Source: Mobula hypostoma
Lineage: Eukaryota
Assembly: GCF_963921235.1 (NCBI RefSeq)
Contig: NC_086108.1
Coordinates: forward strand, 25,544,001-25,608,000
Direction of reading: 5' to 3'
DNA: 64,000 bases
The notes under the pieces were generated by a model. That model searched no databases. It saw nothing but the letters and a program-made list of their open reading frames with translations, and was not told where the DNA came from. Numbering within the stretch: the first letter of the stretch is position 1; every line of letters begins with the position of its first letter. The position numbers and the translations under genes are program-made. Shown piece after piece: positions 13,598 through 26,189 of the stretch.

Positions 13598-13991
13598 CTG
13601 GAGTGAGATCCAAGCACGTTTTCTCATCACACCCCTGAAGTGAATCCAACGTGCGTGTCACCTGGCTGCCGAAATCCTCCCCGCCGTTCATGCACTCCCT
13701 CTGCAGTTGCTGCCGAAGGTCATCAATGTCATACTCATAACCGTCCAGGATAGGCGTCTCCCGGATGCTGATCGACCCACTGGAATTGTGCCCCTGCAGC
13801 CGGGAGTTCCGCAGGCTCTCCCGGTTCTGACCCGCCATCAGTACCGATGGGATGTAATGGATTTCGTTCGCGGCTTCTGCACTGGCGCTCTTCTGCGGCT
13901 GTGGGACACGGCGACGTTTGCACCACCGACGCCGCGTGTAGAGCACCAAGACAAGGAACAGGATTGCCAATAGCAGGGCAATCATCCCCCC
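13598..13991 (-). CDS. ASTN1: Astrotactin-1 internal coding exon (probably exon 3; first transmembrane helix and following loop)
   Basis: Translation [51 protein letters not shown]...[14 protein letters not shown]...[23 protein letters not shown]...DLTPG matches vertebrate ASTN1 as I recall it, not ASTN2. Polypyrimidine tract plus CAG acceptor at 13994-13992; CAG|GTCTGT donor at 13598/13597. 394 nt, phase 0 to phase 1, GC/CpG-rich relative to flanks. Confidence 0.96.
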
Positions 13992-15144
13992 CTGGAAAAG
14001 AGAGAGAGGAGAATGTGACAATGTCAACAAGTAAGGAGACTTCACTTAACAGAAAAGAAGTAATAATCCAACATTTTTTTGGAAAATAAAACATACTTTT
14101 TTAAATGAATCCAGCAGATTTCCCCCTCCTGAAATATATGTAATAGACCTCTATTGATATATACGTCTAGTTAGAAAATATTCAAAAGCTTATGATAGAG
14201 TGTATTTTGATGACTATTTGAGTACAATAGCTCTTCAACGATTGCACCCACAGTCAGTTCATTCAACTTTCCTGTAGCAATTCTTCTCATCTTTCTCTAC
14301 TTGGTTACTATGACTTTGAATTTCAAATTCTTGTTCCACTAAGGCATAAATATTTCATCCACAGTACTGTGCAAAAGTCTACGTAAGTCTGTGCAAAAGG
14401 TACAATATATATAGCTAGGGTGCCTGAATCCTGCACAGCACTGTAGCAATTTTATGTATTGCACTGTACTGCTGCCACAAAGAACAACCATGACACATGT
14501 GAGTGGTGATAAACCTGATTCTATCATGGTTCTCTATTGTGGACTGAGTGGGAAGGGGGCAGAGAGAGGGGAAGCATAGTTGGGGTAGGGGAATGGAGAG
14601 GGGAGGAAGCAGGAAGCACCAGAGAAACATTCTGTTATGATCAATAAGCCAATTGCTTGGAATCAAATTACCTTGCCAGGTGTCTCAGGGCTGGGTGTGT
14701 CTGCTCTCTTGCCATCCCCCCACCCTGGCACTCCTCTGCCACCTGTCCCACATCCCTCACCTGGTGCTCCACCCTCACCATTCCCAACAATTTTTATCCC
14801 CACCGGATTTACCAGCTGACTCTCCTCATCATGTTGACAAACATAGTACAGTGTCTCATTGAAAAACCTTCCAGACAGCTGCAGAGAACCCTACATTGTT
14901 AAGTTAGTAAAGCACCAGTGTGGTGGTTTCCAAATTATCTGTTTACACAGTTTCCCTCCTTTGTAAGTTGGTTAAAACAACAGGACTAACATTCAGACTT
15001 CTAGACTGCTGATTCAGGAATATGAGTTTGAAATCCTCCGTAACAGAGGGGATTTCCAATAATGTTGCCCAGACTAAGTGACTGAGTTACATAGAGAAAT
15101 TGTGCAGGCTAGGACTTTTTCATTGTGGTGTAGGAGAATATTTA

Positions 15145-15760
15145 TCCTCCTGTACCTACTAAAGTGGTCACTGCGTGTATGTCTGTGTAGCCCCTCCACT
15201 TCAAGGTTTGACGTGTTGTGTGTTCAGGGATGCTCTTTTGCACACCACTGTTGTAATGTGTGGTTTTTGAATTATTGTTGCCCTCCTGTAAGCTTGAACT
15301 AGTCTGTCCAGTCTCATAGAAACATAGAAAACCGAACAATTCTGTGCCGAACATGTACTTACTTTTGAAATTACCTCGGGTTACCCATAGCCCTCTATTT
15401 TTCTAAATGCCATGTAGCAATCCAGGAGTCTCTTAAAAGACCCTCTGACCTCTCTCATTTACAAGGCGATTTCACCCACAGAACTGCCACTCAATGGATG
15501 TTTACTGTTTATTGCACCATTCTCTGTAAACTCAACAGACTGTTCTGTGTGAAAATCCCAGGAGATCACCAGTTTCTGAGATACTCAAACCACCCTGTCT
15601 GGCACCATCAATCAGATGTTTGGTCTGAACAGCAACTGAACCTCCCGACCACATCTGAGTGCTTTTATGCATTGAGTTGCTGCCACATGATTGGCTGATT
15701 AGATGTTTGCATTAACAAGAAGGTCTACACATGTACCTAATAAAGTGGTCACTGAATTTA
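15145..15760 (-). mobile_element. Tc1/mariner-derived element interrupted by a CR1 3' tail (~15316-15441)
   Basis: Repeated terminal-type motif GTACCTA(C/A)TAAAGTGGTCACTG near both ends (same orientation); minus-strand peptide TTHYNSGVQKSIPEHTTRQTLKWRGY resembles the Tc1 transposase HTH region. Confidence 0.75.
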
Positions 15761-15769
15761 AGTCTATTG

Positions 15770-15980
15770 CTGGGCTAGTGACACAGGTTCATTCCACTGC
15801 TGTCTGTAAGGTGGTTGAATGTTCTCTCTAGGATTGCATAAGTTTCCTTTGGGTGCTGCATTTTCCTCCCATGTTACAAAAACCTATGGGTTAGTAGGTT
15901 AATTGGTCACATGACTGTAATTTGGTGCTATGGACTTGTTGGGCCAGAGGGTCCTGTTGTCGTATTTTATCTCTAAATAT
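15770..15980 (+). mobile_element. Degenerate V-SINE
   Basis: B-box-like GGTTCATTCC followed by a decayed V-domain and TTAATTGGTCAC. Confidence 0.6.
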
Positions 15981-16619
15981 TTTCTTAAATTAAAAAATCT
16001 AAAAATAGCAAGGGGGATATCTTATTGAGGTGCATAAATCATGAGGGGATTACAGTGAAAGTGTATCTCTTTCCCACAGTTGGGAAATTGGGACCTAGAG
16101 GGCATAGGTTTACGATAACATGGGACAGATTTAATCAGAACTTGAAGGAATGGAAGTGGTTGAAGTCAATGGAAGTGGTTGAGGTTGGTACATTAACGAC
16201 ATTTAAAAGAAACTAGTACAGATATATGGGGAAGAAATGTTTAGAGAAATATGGCCAAAAGGGTTTAACTTTGTTGGATACTGCAGACCAGTTGGGCCGA
16301 AGGGCCTCTTTCTGTGCTGAAAGACCCTCTGCCTCTATGAATCTATAACATGATGCCTACTGCTTTTGTTGTCATTGGGCAGAGTTCACAAGTTTGTGAG
16401 AGGTTGGAGTAGCCAGTGTAACAGTGATTTAGGGTAGATGGTATGCACTCCAGCAATTGTACACTGGTAATGGAGGGAATGTTAGTGGATGATGTGAAAT
16501 TCAAGTGGGCAGCTTTAATTGGTTAGTACCAAGATTCTCAAATTTTCTTGGAACTACACTTATCCAGATCTGTGGAGGGTTTTCTGCTACATGCCATACT
16601 GGTGGGTGAAAGACTTAGG

Positions 16620-18490
16620 CAGTAGTTCCCAATCATTTTTTGCGGTACTGCTCCCTTGGCTCCCCAGACCATATCCCCAGTGACCCCTTCTCCCTTTCTG
16701 GCCATTACATAAAAAACTATAAAGAATTTTGATCTATGATGCACAGTGAAAGAAAATAGGAACTTCAAATTCAAAGCAGTGACAAATAATTGCAAAAAGT
16801 ATTCAAATCTGTTGAAAGTTGCAAATAAAATTATTTGTTGATTTAATTACAGCGAAAGCAATTTTCATCAACAATTTCAGAGTGCACATTGGTAGTTCCA
16901 CTATTCACTACTTCATTGCTTTTTCAACTTTTAAGAGATGGATGGTCTTGGTGCAGTGATATCAGGCTGATTTTCACATAGGAGCCTCAGATCTCCAAGT
17001 TCAGCAATTTGCAGTCTGTTTTGTTGCTTTGAAAGAAGTTGGGCAACTGCATTGAAACTGCACTCCTCTAAACATGATGTTGGAAAGGAAGTAAAGATCA
17101 TTTTGATCTTTTTCCGCAGTGCAGGATAGTGTTCTGAGATTTCTTTGTGCAACCAATAGTTTTGATATGATTTTTTGAACCTCAGCTTCAGTTTGAAGTA
17201 ATTTTGTACTGAGATCAGTTCTTCTTCCATCCTTCCTGTTAATTCCTCATTTCAAATGATCAGGAATGGATTTATTAACCAATCTGGAATTTGAATCAAG
17301 AGAAGACCCCGAAATTTCTGTGTAATGTCTTTATGCACTCACACAGGTGGGCACAGTATACTTGAAGATCATCTGGTATTCTTTCTTTCTCTTCCAACTT
17401 AGAGAGGTTCAAAAATTGGAAAAGGTCATGACAACCAATGTTGCAATTAAATAGGGTTAACCTGGACAGAAGTGTAGGGATGACTAATTCGACTTGGATA
17501 AGATTCACATAATTTCCTCACAATTGAAGACAGAGTTCATTAATCTTTGCAAATAATTCTGACAAATGAGCAATGTCATGCCTAAAATTCTTGAGTTCAT
17601 TATTGAATGAAGTATTCAAGTCCTTAAAGAATTTTGTCATAGTTTTGAAAAGTGCATTGAAGCACCTCAGGCAGTTTCTGTTTGAGAGCCTTCTGACTTC
17701 TGTCTGCAATAGCAACTGTCAGTCATTCTCACTACAAAGCTCTCAAAATAATTGAGAATTGAGAACATGGGGCCTAATTTTACTTACCACTTTGATAACA
17801 GTATTTAATGATTTGTGCAGCTGATCACTTTAGTTTTTGCGACAAAGTGCTGTCTCTGAATCACACAGTATATGGTAAATCTGTCAGGTGCAGCTTTTTC
17901 TAAGAAAGTAATAATCCCACAGTGGTGTCCTGTAATTGATGGTGCACCCATCTGTTTCACAAGCAAGAATGCTGGTGAGTGTATTGTCTTCCTCTTTGAA
18001 AAATTTCTCAACAACCCAAAAAACTGACTCTGCCTTTGTAACCGTTTCTAGTCCCCTTTCAAGAAACAACTCTCATACCACGTTTCCATCTTTTATGAAA
18101 CAAACATAACCAAAAAGCAAAGATTCATTGCCTTGCATTGTTGCCTCATCCAACTGCAGAGCAAATTCTGCTGTCCTTAGTATACTGCACAATGTGTTTT
18201 CTATATTCTCACAATTTCATTTATTCGTCTTTAAACAAAGTTTTCATTGAGCAGAATTGCTTTAATTATTTGGTTTTAATTATTAAAAATAAGCAAAGAT
18301 CAGAGTGCATTCTCTTCAAGTTCTCAAGGAGCCTGGACAGTTTCATTGCCTCATCTGAAAAAAAACTTCTTCACTCAGTGGACATATTGGTTGCTTGGTG
18401 GTGGAATAAATCCATATTTCAGATACTTCACACTATACTGTCTATACTTTGTTTCATTTGGTTTGCTTCTGCCACTTTCATTATGTATTA
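16620..18490 (-). mobile_element. Decayed hAT (Buster/Charlie, SCAND3/ZBED8-like) DNA transposon
   Basis: Charlie-type TIR CAGTAGTTCCCAA at 16620. Minus-strand fragments ALQLDE, ACETDG, YCVIQRQH (CxxH), QTEVRRLS and FPTSCLEECSFNAV..NRL (hAT dimerisation domain), with frameshifts. Confidence 0.88.
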
Positions 18491-18774
18491 ACGACCACGT
18501 CAATTGCTTATTGTTTAAGTCCAAACCTCAAGCACTTCAATTAATAAAGGAGAAAGTTATGACATCATCATAGCTTACCTGACTGACTCTCTGCTGAAGG
18601 TATGTAAGGTGCGTAGCATTATCTTGTTTGGGCCATGGGCTAGAGAAATGCAGTCAAGACCATCTGAAAAGGCAGATTCTAAGCTTTACTCCATTGAGTG
18701 CTATACCCTAATTCACTGGAATTGTATCATTGTGTGATTCAGGTATGGGAATCATACAAGCTGATACTGTCCTA

Positions 18775-19350
18775 CAGTATGTAGGCAATCGTCGATCCCA
18801 GGGGATCATGAGTTTGTTCCTTTGGTGGATTGTGTCCTCTCCAGAGTGCAAGCCTGTGTGGGAAGATTTGTTGGCCATGCAGCAGGTTCTCCCTCTCCAC
18901 GTCACTGATGTAGTCCAAGAGAAGGGCAAGTGCCAATAAAGCTTGGTATTAGTGTTGTCGCAGAGGTTGCCAGAGTGAAGTTATAAACAACATCAAACTG
19001 CCTTAGGGATCTCAGCTCCAGATTTCTTCTTTGGAGTTTACTCCGGAAGCCTTTCCCATGGGTGGGTATGGTTGCAAAGCAGTGGAGGTTTAAAATCAGA
19101 GTTATCCTTCTCTTAGGTGGGCTACCATCCAAGGCTGATGAACCCCACCTGCCCAAAGCAATTGGTTTTGAGGTGCCAGTGGTCCGCCTTTGCTCCTTCT
19201 CTTGTCAGGCCTAATAACTAAGCCACACATGAAAGCCAAGAGTTGGATTTGGCTGTCAGGGGCTGTTAGAGATGTGCGCCATTTAGAGCACTTTATAGGG
19301 AGTGGGAGCTCATCCCACTACCATCCCCACTATGTCAATCTTAGGAACCT
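18775..19350 (-). mobile_element. Non-autonomous RTE-derived (bipartite 5' UTR plus 3' end) element
   Basis: Plus-strand motifs CCCTCTCCACGTCACTGATGTAGTCCAA, GTTTACTCC..GCCTTT and AAATCAGAGTT..CCTTCTC resemble BovB/AviRTE-type 5' UTRs; RTE-like 3' end at ~18776; no ORF. Confidence 0.65.
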
Positions 19351-19984
19351 GTCCTACAGTAGTTAATGAGAATAATGTGAAGGTTGGGGCCGGAAATTAC
19401 ACAATTTCTTCAGTCCAGATTTCTCATGATATTACCAAATACAGAAGTGTCACATTGCTTTTCAAAAACTACAACATGCTTTGAGCAAAGTCTAAATGAA
19501 CGGTGGGTTAGCAAGACATAAGGTTATTACGTGATCGTTATAATCAATTATGAGGCACTGAGGTTCAAATGTTTATAATAAGAAATTAATTTCTTAAATG
19601 AAGCCTGTGTTCCCTCATTTGCCCTACTTGCTAGCAAGTGACCTCATCACACCACTCCCTCAGTTACTCCCATTGCCCCCGGAGGGGTGACATTGCTCAC
19701 TTTGAGAAACACTGGATTAGGGTGTCAGGAAGTGATTCACTTGCTGGAAGCTACCCAGCAGCTGACTTGCTGTTGTACCTGTGGTATTTGTGGTATCTTA
19801 GAGGAAACCAAAGAATATTGAGGGCAGATGGTTAGACTCACTCTGTATGGATATGATATTTCTCCAGTATTTATATTGTCAGTTGTCTGTCCAGATGGTT
19901 CAAGTTTCAAGTTTAATTATCATTCAACCATGCATGAATATTGCTGGATACGGAACGGACTGGTTCATAAGAATATCTATGGAA

Positions 19985-21620
19985 CACTGTGTACATACAT
20001 CTACTGATGCTTCTGGACACATCTCCAGTGATGTTCCTGGAATCATCAGGTGTTTCTGGTCTTTCAACATTATACACCCTCCTCCAGGTGACCCAGCCAG
20101 GGCTGATCAGTCCCCAGCTTGTGTCCAGATGGCTAGGTACTTATGATTCCATGGCTCCCCTCTTTTGAGCCACAGCCATCTTGAGGCCCTCTCTGCCGTA
20201 TCGGTGGTACTGCGGATGGCTCTCCTCTTCCTCTCTCCCTCGATGCCCAAATTACTGAAGGCTCTAGCTAAGGAATGGGCTACGAATCCCCTACAACCAA
20301 CCTCCACTGGGAGACACCTCGCTCTCCATCCAGCCTGCTGACAGTTGCTGACCAGTCCTGCGTACTTGGAGAGCTTCCTTTCAAAGGCCTCCTCCAAGCT
20401 ATCTTCCCATGGGACTGTCAGCGCCAGCAGCACCACTTGCTTAGTAGACTCAGACACAGGGACAACGTCTGGTCGCAGGGTGGTGGCTGCGATATGGTTG
20501 GGGAACTTCAGCTGCTGTTCGATGTCCACCAACAGCTGCCAGTCCCTTACAGAGGTCAGGATACCTGCAGATGTTCTTTTGGCAGGTACTGGCTGTTCCC
20601 CAGCACTGACAAAGGCAATGGTCTGCTTGGAGGGTCGGGACTGCTTCGCCCACTCAACTCCTGCACTGACGGCTTCAGCGATGGTCTTCAGGACCTGATC
20701 ATGCCTCCACCTGTACCGTCCCTCACCAAGTGCCCTTGCTCAGCTGCTGAGGATGTGCTCCAGGGTTCCTCGCTTGGAGTACAGCGGGCACGCAGATAGC
20801 TCTGCCTTGCCCCATGTGTGCAGGTTTGATGGGCTTGGAAGCACATCGTACACTGCCTGGATCAGAAATTGGATGCGGTGTGGTTCAGCTTTCCAAAGAT
20901 CAGCCCAGGTCTCTTTCCTCTCAACGGCATTCTCCTATCTTGTCCAAGCTCCCTGTTGCTTCATTCCCACCACCTTGCAGGTTCTTGTCTCCTCCACTAC
21001 TGCTCTCACCTCCTCCTGAGCTAGACGATGCCTTTCCTTCCCTCTGGTGTCCATTTGGGGAGTTCGAAACGATCCTAGCCCAGCTCAGCCTCGTGTGACC
21101 ACTCTCACCAGCCTCCTGTGACGCAGCCTTGTCTCTGCTTCCTGAACAGCTTCCTCTGCCCTCCACTTCTTGCCAGTCCTCGCTTGGATCCCTGCTCTAG
21201 CCACCTTCAGGTCACTTGAGTCCCTATACTGTAGCACTTCTCTGGCTCTCGTTACCTTGAATTCTTCCTCCAAGGATTTGAAGGGCAGTTGCAGTTTGTT
21301 GTGGTGCCCATAGAGTGCGATGCTGCTCAGGCTCTTTGGCAGCCCCAGCCATCTCCTGAGGTGGTTGCTAACCCCCCTCTCTAAGGTTTCGACTGTTGAG
21401 ATCGGAACTGCATAGATGAGGAGGGGCCACAGGATTCTGGGAAGAATGCCATGCTGATACACCCAGGCTTTAAACTTCCCAGGTAGGCCAGATTTCTCCA
21501 CAGATTTCAGCCAGCCATCCAACTCGGTACTGTTCACCTGGACGGATGTCGTGTCCCTTAAAGAGCTGTTAAAAGCCTTGCCTAAGCTCTTGACTGGCTT
21601 TTCTGTGATGGTTGGGATGG
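19985..21620 (-). mobile_element. 5'-truncated HERO-clade (R2-group) non-LTR retrotransposon with restriction-like endonuclease
   Basis: GLPGKFKAWVYQHGILPRILWPLL, Zn-knuckle remnant CPLYSKRGTLEHILS, RHDQVL, LRPDVV...TVPWE...K..KY, VEVGCRGF (PD-(D/E)xK RLE); few disruptions; 3' UTR retained. Confidence 0.9.
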
Positions 21621-23009
21621 AAGATTTGCTTGGCTCTTGTGCCCTAGTGGTTTCTTTTCAATGGGTTAGTTACAATATGTCTTATAAACAGGAAATTGGT
21701 ATAGAACTCTATACTCTTTGCACTACATAAATAGCAGACAGAGATTACATCTGGGGTGAAACTGTGATAAAGGTTCTGTGGTAATGCTAATTCCTTGTCT
21801 TAAACTTCCACAAAGTGGATATAGCCAACGTGAAACATTCACCAGATCAGTTGCTGCTGTTTTGATCCCACTTTGATCAGGTTGAGTGAGATAAAGGCCA
21901 ATAATGTCTAAAATCAGTTAACTGAAAGCATATTTTTCAATAGCAAAAATGGAAGTGATGAGAACTTAAATACCAGTAGGGAAGCCTTAGATTTTTTTTT
22001 TCACTCATTGCTTTCTCTTTCCCATTCTTGCCTCTATTCTTTAATAATTATTTCTATGGCAAGTTACTTTTTTGAAACAAAAGAGGAGATGATTAAGTGT
22101 TATACGTTCAGAAGTAAAAATTACATTATAATAATTTTTTCTGACAATTCATTACCCTAACTGAGCAATTCTTTAACCTTACTTGACCTTACAGTTGAAT
22201 GTGATGAATGCTTGCCTTTCGTAAGAGTAATAATGAAAGACTTAGTCTGCAATCTGAATACTGATCACTCTACCGTCGTATCTCAATATTATAATATACA
22301 CGAAGTGTGTGCATACAGTTACTGTTGTCACCATCTGTCTGCCTACTCAATGTTTCCAGCATATTACCCCCAAAGCATGCATTGACTTCTTTGTTGAGTA
22401 GTGTGACTCACAACAAAATTATCCACCTCCATCTAGACAACACAATGGCAGCTAAACTAACCCCGACAGCTCTCTAAAAAATGGAGCTGCTTAGTTCATT
22501 TTTAAGACCTCAGTCGTGCTGTGTAAGGGAAGTGGTACTCATACAGTGGCTATTATGTAAAGGGAAAATATATTCAAAAGTTTTGAGTTTGAAAGATGCT
22601 TTCCTTCTGAAGTTTAATTAATCACAACCTTCATAGTGAAAGTCAAAGTTAACTTTATTATATGTACAAGTGCAATGAGATATACACAGGTGCAATGAGA
22701 ATTGTACTTGCAGCAGATCATGGGCACATAACATCAGATATACAACAATCACAATAAAACATGAATTAAACATAACTTACGCACATTTCTTACAGGGAAG
22801 AACCAAAATGAGTCTATTGTAGTGCAAAGTAATCATTATTCTGTTATAGTTAGACTCAAACTCAGCACTACCACCAAAAAACAGCAACCTTCATCAAAGA
22901 CCCCTGCTATTCAGGTCATACTTTCTTTTGCTACTAACTTTGGGCAGGACATCCAGAAGCCTTATTTATGCATCTCTCAGGAGTGTGAACCCATAGAAAG
23001 AATCTGGCC

Positions 23010-23330
23010 CAGATGAGGTACATGTCCAAGTACTAAAGATCTGTGCTGATTAACTGGCTGGAGTGTTATCAATATCTTGGACCTCTTGCATTGGCAGTCT
23101 AAGGTACCCACTATCTTCAATTATATCATCAGGATTCTTTTCATCAACTACAGCTCAACATTCAATGCTATCATCCCTCAAAACTAAATCAATAAGCTTC
23201 AGGACCTAGACAATTATGCTACCTTATTATGCAAGTAGATCCACAACTTCCTCACTTGAAGATCCCAAATCAGTTTGGATTGGCAACAATATCTTCTCCA
23301 CGATCTCCATCAGCACAGGTGCACCAGTGC
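23010..23330 (+). mobile_element. Degenerate Rex1/Babar RT fragment
   Basis: FINYSSTFNAII and WIGNNIFSTISISTGAP motifs. Confidence 0.6.
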
Positions 23331-23334
23331 TAAG

Positions 23335-25285
23335 CTTGTCAATTTTATCAACTCTGCCTCCAATGTCTACCCTGTCCTCAGTTTACTTGGTCCATCTCTG
23401 CCACCTCTTTCCACTTTCTTGATCTTTCTGTTTCAATATATGGAGACAGACATCTTCAGATATATTTAATAAGCCTATCTTGACTTCACCTCTTCCCACC
23501 CTGTCTCCTGTAAAAACATTATCCCCTTTCCTGAATTCCTCCACTTCTGCCACATCTATTCTCACAATGAGGATTGCCATTCCAGAACAACTGCAGAGTC
23601 CTCTTTCTTTAAAGGACAGCGTTTCCCTTCCTCTGCCATTGATGCTTCCCTCACCCATATCTTTTCTATTTCCCTGACATCTGCCCATACACAATTTTCC
23701 CATCATCGTAACAGGGATAGAGTTCCCCTTACCTATACCTAACACACCACGGTCCTCCGCATATCACATCAACCTCTGCAACTTACGCCATTTACCATGG
23801 GATCATACTATTAAACACATCTTTCCCCCTCCCCCCACCTTCTGCTTTCCACAGGGATTGTTTTCTCTGTGAATCCCTTGTCCACGTATCCCTCCCCACG
23901 GATCTCTCTCCTGCCACTTATCACTGCAGATTAGGCGAGAGCTACAACTGGCATTACACCTCTACACTCACCATCATTCAGGGTCCCAACAGCCCTTCTA
24001 GGTCAGGTGACACTTCCCCTACGTCTCTGTCAGGGTCGTCTACTGTATCCAGTGCTTCTGGTGCAGCCTCTTCTACATCGGTGAGACTAGACGTAGATTG
24101 GCCAATCGCTTCATCGAACACCTTTGCAATATCTGCTACAACAGGGAGGATTTACCATGGTAACCATTTAATTCTACTTCCCATTCCCATTCTGACTTGC
24201 CAGTCCATGGCCTCCTCTACTGTCATCTTGAGGCTACCCTCGGGCTGAAGGAGCATCACCTCATATTCTGCTTGGGTAGACTAATGGCATGAACATTGAT
24301 TTCTCTAACCTGATATTTTCTCACCCCTCTCTCTTCTCTCTTTTTCCATTCTCCATCCTGGCTCCCCTCTTATCCCTTCTATTCTCCTCATCACTTCAAT
24401 TTGGTACCCCTTCTCTCTCCCTTTCTCCCATGATCAGCTCTCCTCATTCCTTATTCTTCAGCCCTTTATCTTTTTTTACCTCTCATCTTTCAGCTTTTCC
24501 CTTCATCCCTCCCACCTTCCCACTTACCTGGCTTCACTTATCACCTGCCAGCTTGTACACATTCCCTCCCCCATCTTCTTGTTCAGACCTCTTTGGAAGG
24601 AGGAGAAGATGGTGACGCGATGCAGCGCGCGTGGCCTCTCCAGTGAAATGATATCGTATTTGTAAGTAGGATGCCATGAACAATTCTGATTTGATGGAGA
24701 CACACGTGATGGTGCTCAGTGCTTGGTGTCGGAGGGCTGGTCGGATGCTCAAAGTTTTTGGACGGACTGAGAATCGGACTGTGGCCAGGTGCTTCCAGGA
24801 TGCTACGTCGGCAAGTTTTCGGCACTAGAAGCTCATGGCAGGGAGAGTTTTCTTCCTTCTACCATCTGCGTGAGATGTTAGGGCTTTCGAGAGACTTTGA
24901 GACTTTTTTTTACCGCCCATGGTCTGTTCTTCTATCAAATTATGGTATTGCTTGCACTGTTGTAACTATATGTTATAATTATGTGGTTTTTGTCAGTTTT
25001 TCAGTTTTGGTCTGTCTTGTGTTTCTGTGATATCACACTGGAAGAACATTGTATCATTTCTTAATGCATGCATTACTAAATGACAATGAAAGAGGACTGC
25101 GTGTCCTCATAATCTAATCTAATCTAATCTAATCGTCCCTCCTTTCCAACCTGATGAAGGATCTTATCTCGAAAGGTTGACTGTTTATTCCTCTCCACAG
25201 ATGCCACCTGACCTGTCAACTTCCTTCAGCATTTTGTGTATGTTGTTGTGGATTTCCAGCATTTACAGAATATCTTGAATTTATG
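23335..25285 (+). mobile_element. Penelope-like element (GIY-YIG region and pLTR), interrupted at 24599-25134
   Basis: VVYCIQC..C..FYIGETRRRLANRFIEHL at ~24035-24125; pyrimidine-rich tract; terminal CTGATGAAGG...GAAA motif at 25151. Confidence 0.85.
24599..25134 (+). mobile_element. Non-autonomous retroelement with GGAGGAGAAGATGG start and (TAATC)n tail (copy 1)
   Basis: Homologous to 57503-58190 (inverted); 3' hairpin GAGGAC/GTCCTC before (TAATC)5. Confidence 0.8.
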
Positions 25286-26189
25286 GGGAAAATGTTGAAC
25301 TTAGTTAACCAAGGAGACAAATTCTACAGTAAATGAAAATATGAAAATGATGGAAATTTGAAATTAAAACAGAAAATGTTGGAAGCAGTTGATTTGAAGT
25401 GCCAACTCTGTTTCTCTCTCCATAGATGTCGCCTAACCTACTAAGAGTTTCTGGCATTTTCTATTTTTATCTGCCTGAAATGATTAATAAGTTCACAGAT
25501 GCAGCAAGTTGTGAGTTAATTTCAGACTAACAATTGAGGCTGAAGGAAAATTCTTGGAGTCAGTGATTGAAATTAAATCTGTTTAAAGCTGGATTTATTC
25601 TAATTGTGCTCTATGAAATTAATTATTCAATAATATGAACAGCAACATCAATAGTAAGCTACTTTATTCCAAATCCATAAGTTCTGAAGTGTTGGTCAAC
25701 CTAACTATCCCATTTTGGTATGTTAAATATATGTACTATCATTGGATCATTTGGATATTTTAAAATAATACACATAAACCATTTTTAGGCAATCCAAATT
25801 GTTCTTCAGATGGGATTTTTTTATGATTACTAATATGCAGTTGTCAGTCAGTTTCTTGCCATCATAATTGTGCTTCCACTAATATATGTTCCTCTTTAAT
25901 GCATTAAATATGCACAGCAACAATAAATAATGGATGGATTTACTGGATTGCAAGACTGCTAACAGGGACTTCAGTGAGCAGAAAATCCTGTGACTCAGAC
26001 AGTATAATTTAACTTTATAGAAATAATCTCAGATCTACAGTGGAATGTAATTAAACCTAAGAATGAAGATATTGAAAAATGACAAAAATGAAGTACTGAA
26101 CGAAAGAATGTTTCCAACAGACTGTTGAGAAGTTGTCAACTGGGCAAGTGGAAAACAAAGAAGTGAAATCCGAAAAAAATCTTGTGGCC

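Noticed and set aside
13536..14045. 169-aa ORF as a standalone gene
   Set aside because: Only 13598-13991 matches ASTN1 and is bounded by splice sites; the ends are intronic read-through.
13707..14094. Overlapping ORFs 13707-13973(+), 13847-14089(+) and 13735-14094(-)
   Set aside because: Shadow frames of the GC-rich exon with no recognisable homology.
20040..20085. Hammerhead in the HERO 3' UTR (CTGATGA and GAAA present)
   Set aside because: Motif order and stems do not form a hammerhead core.
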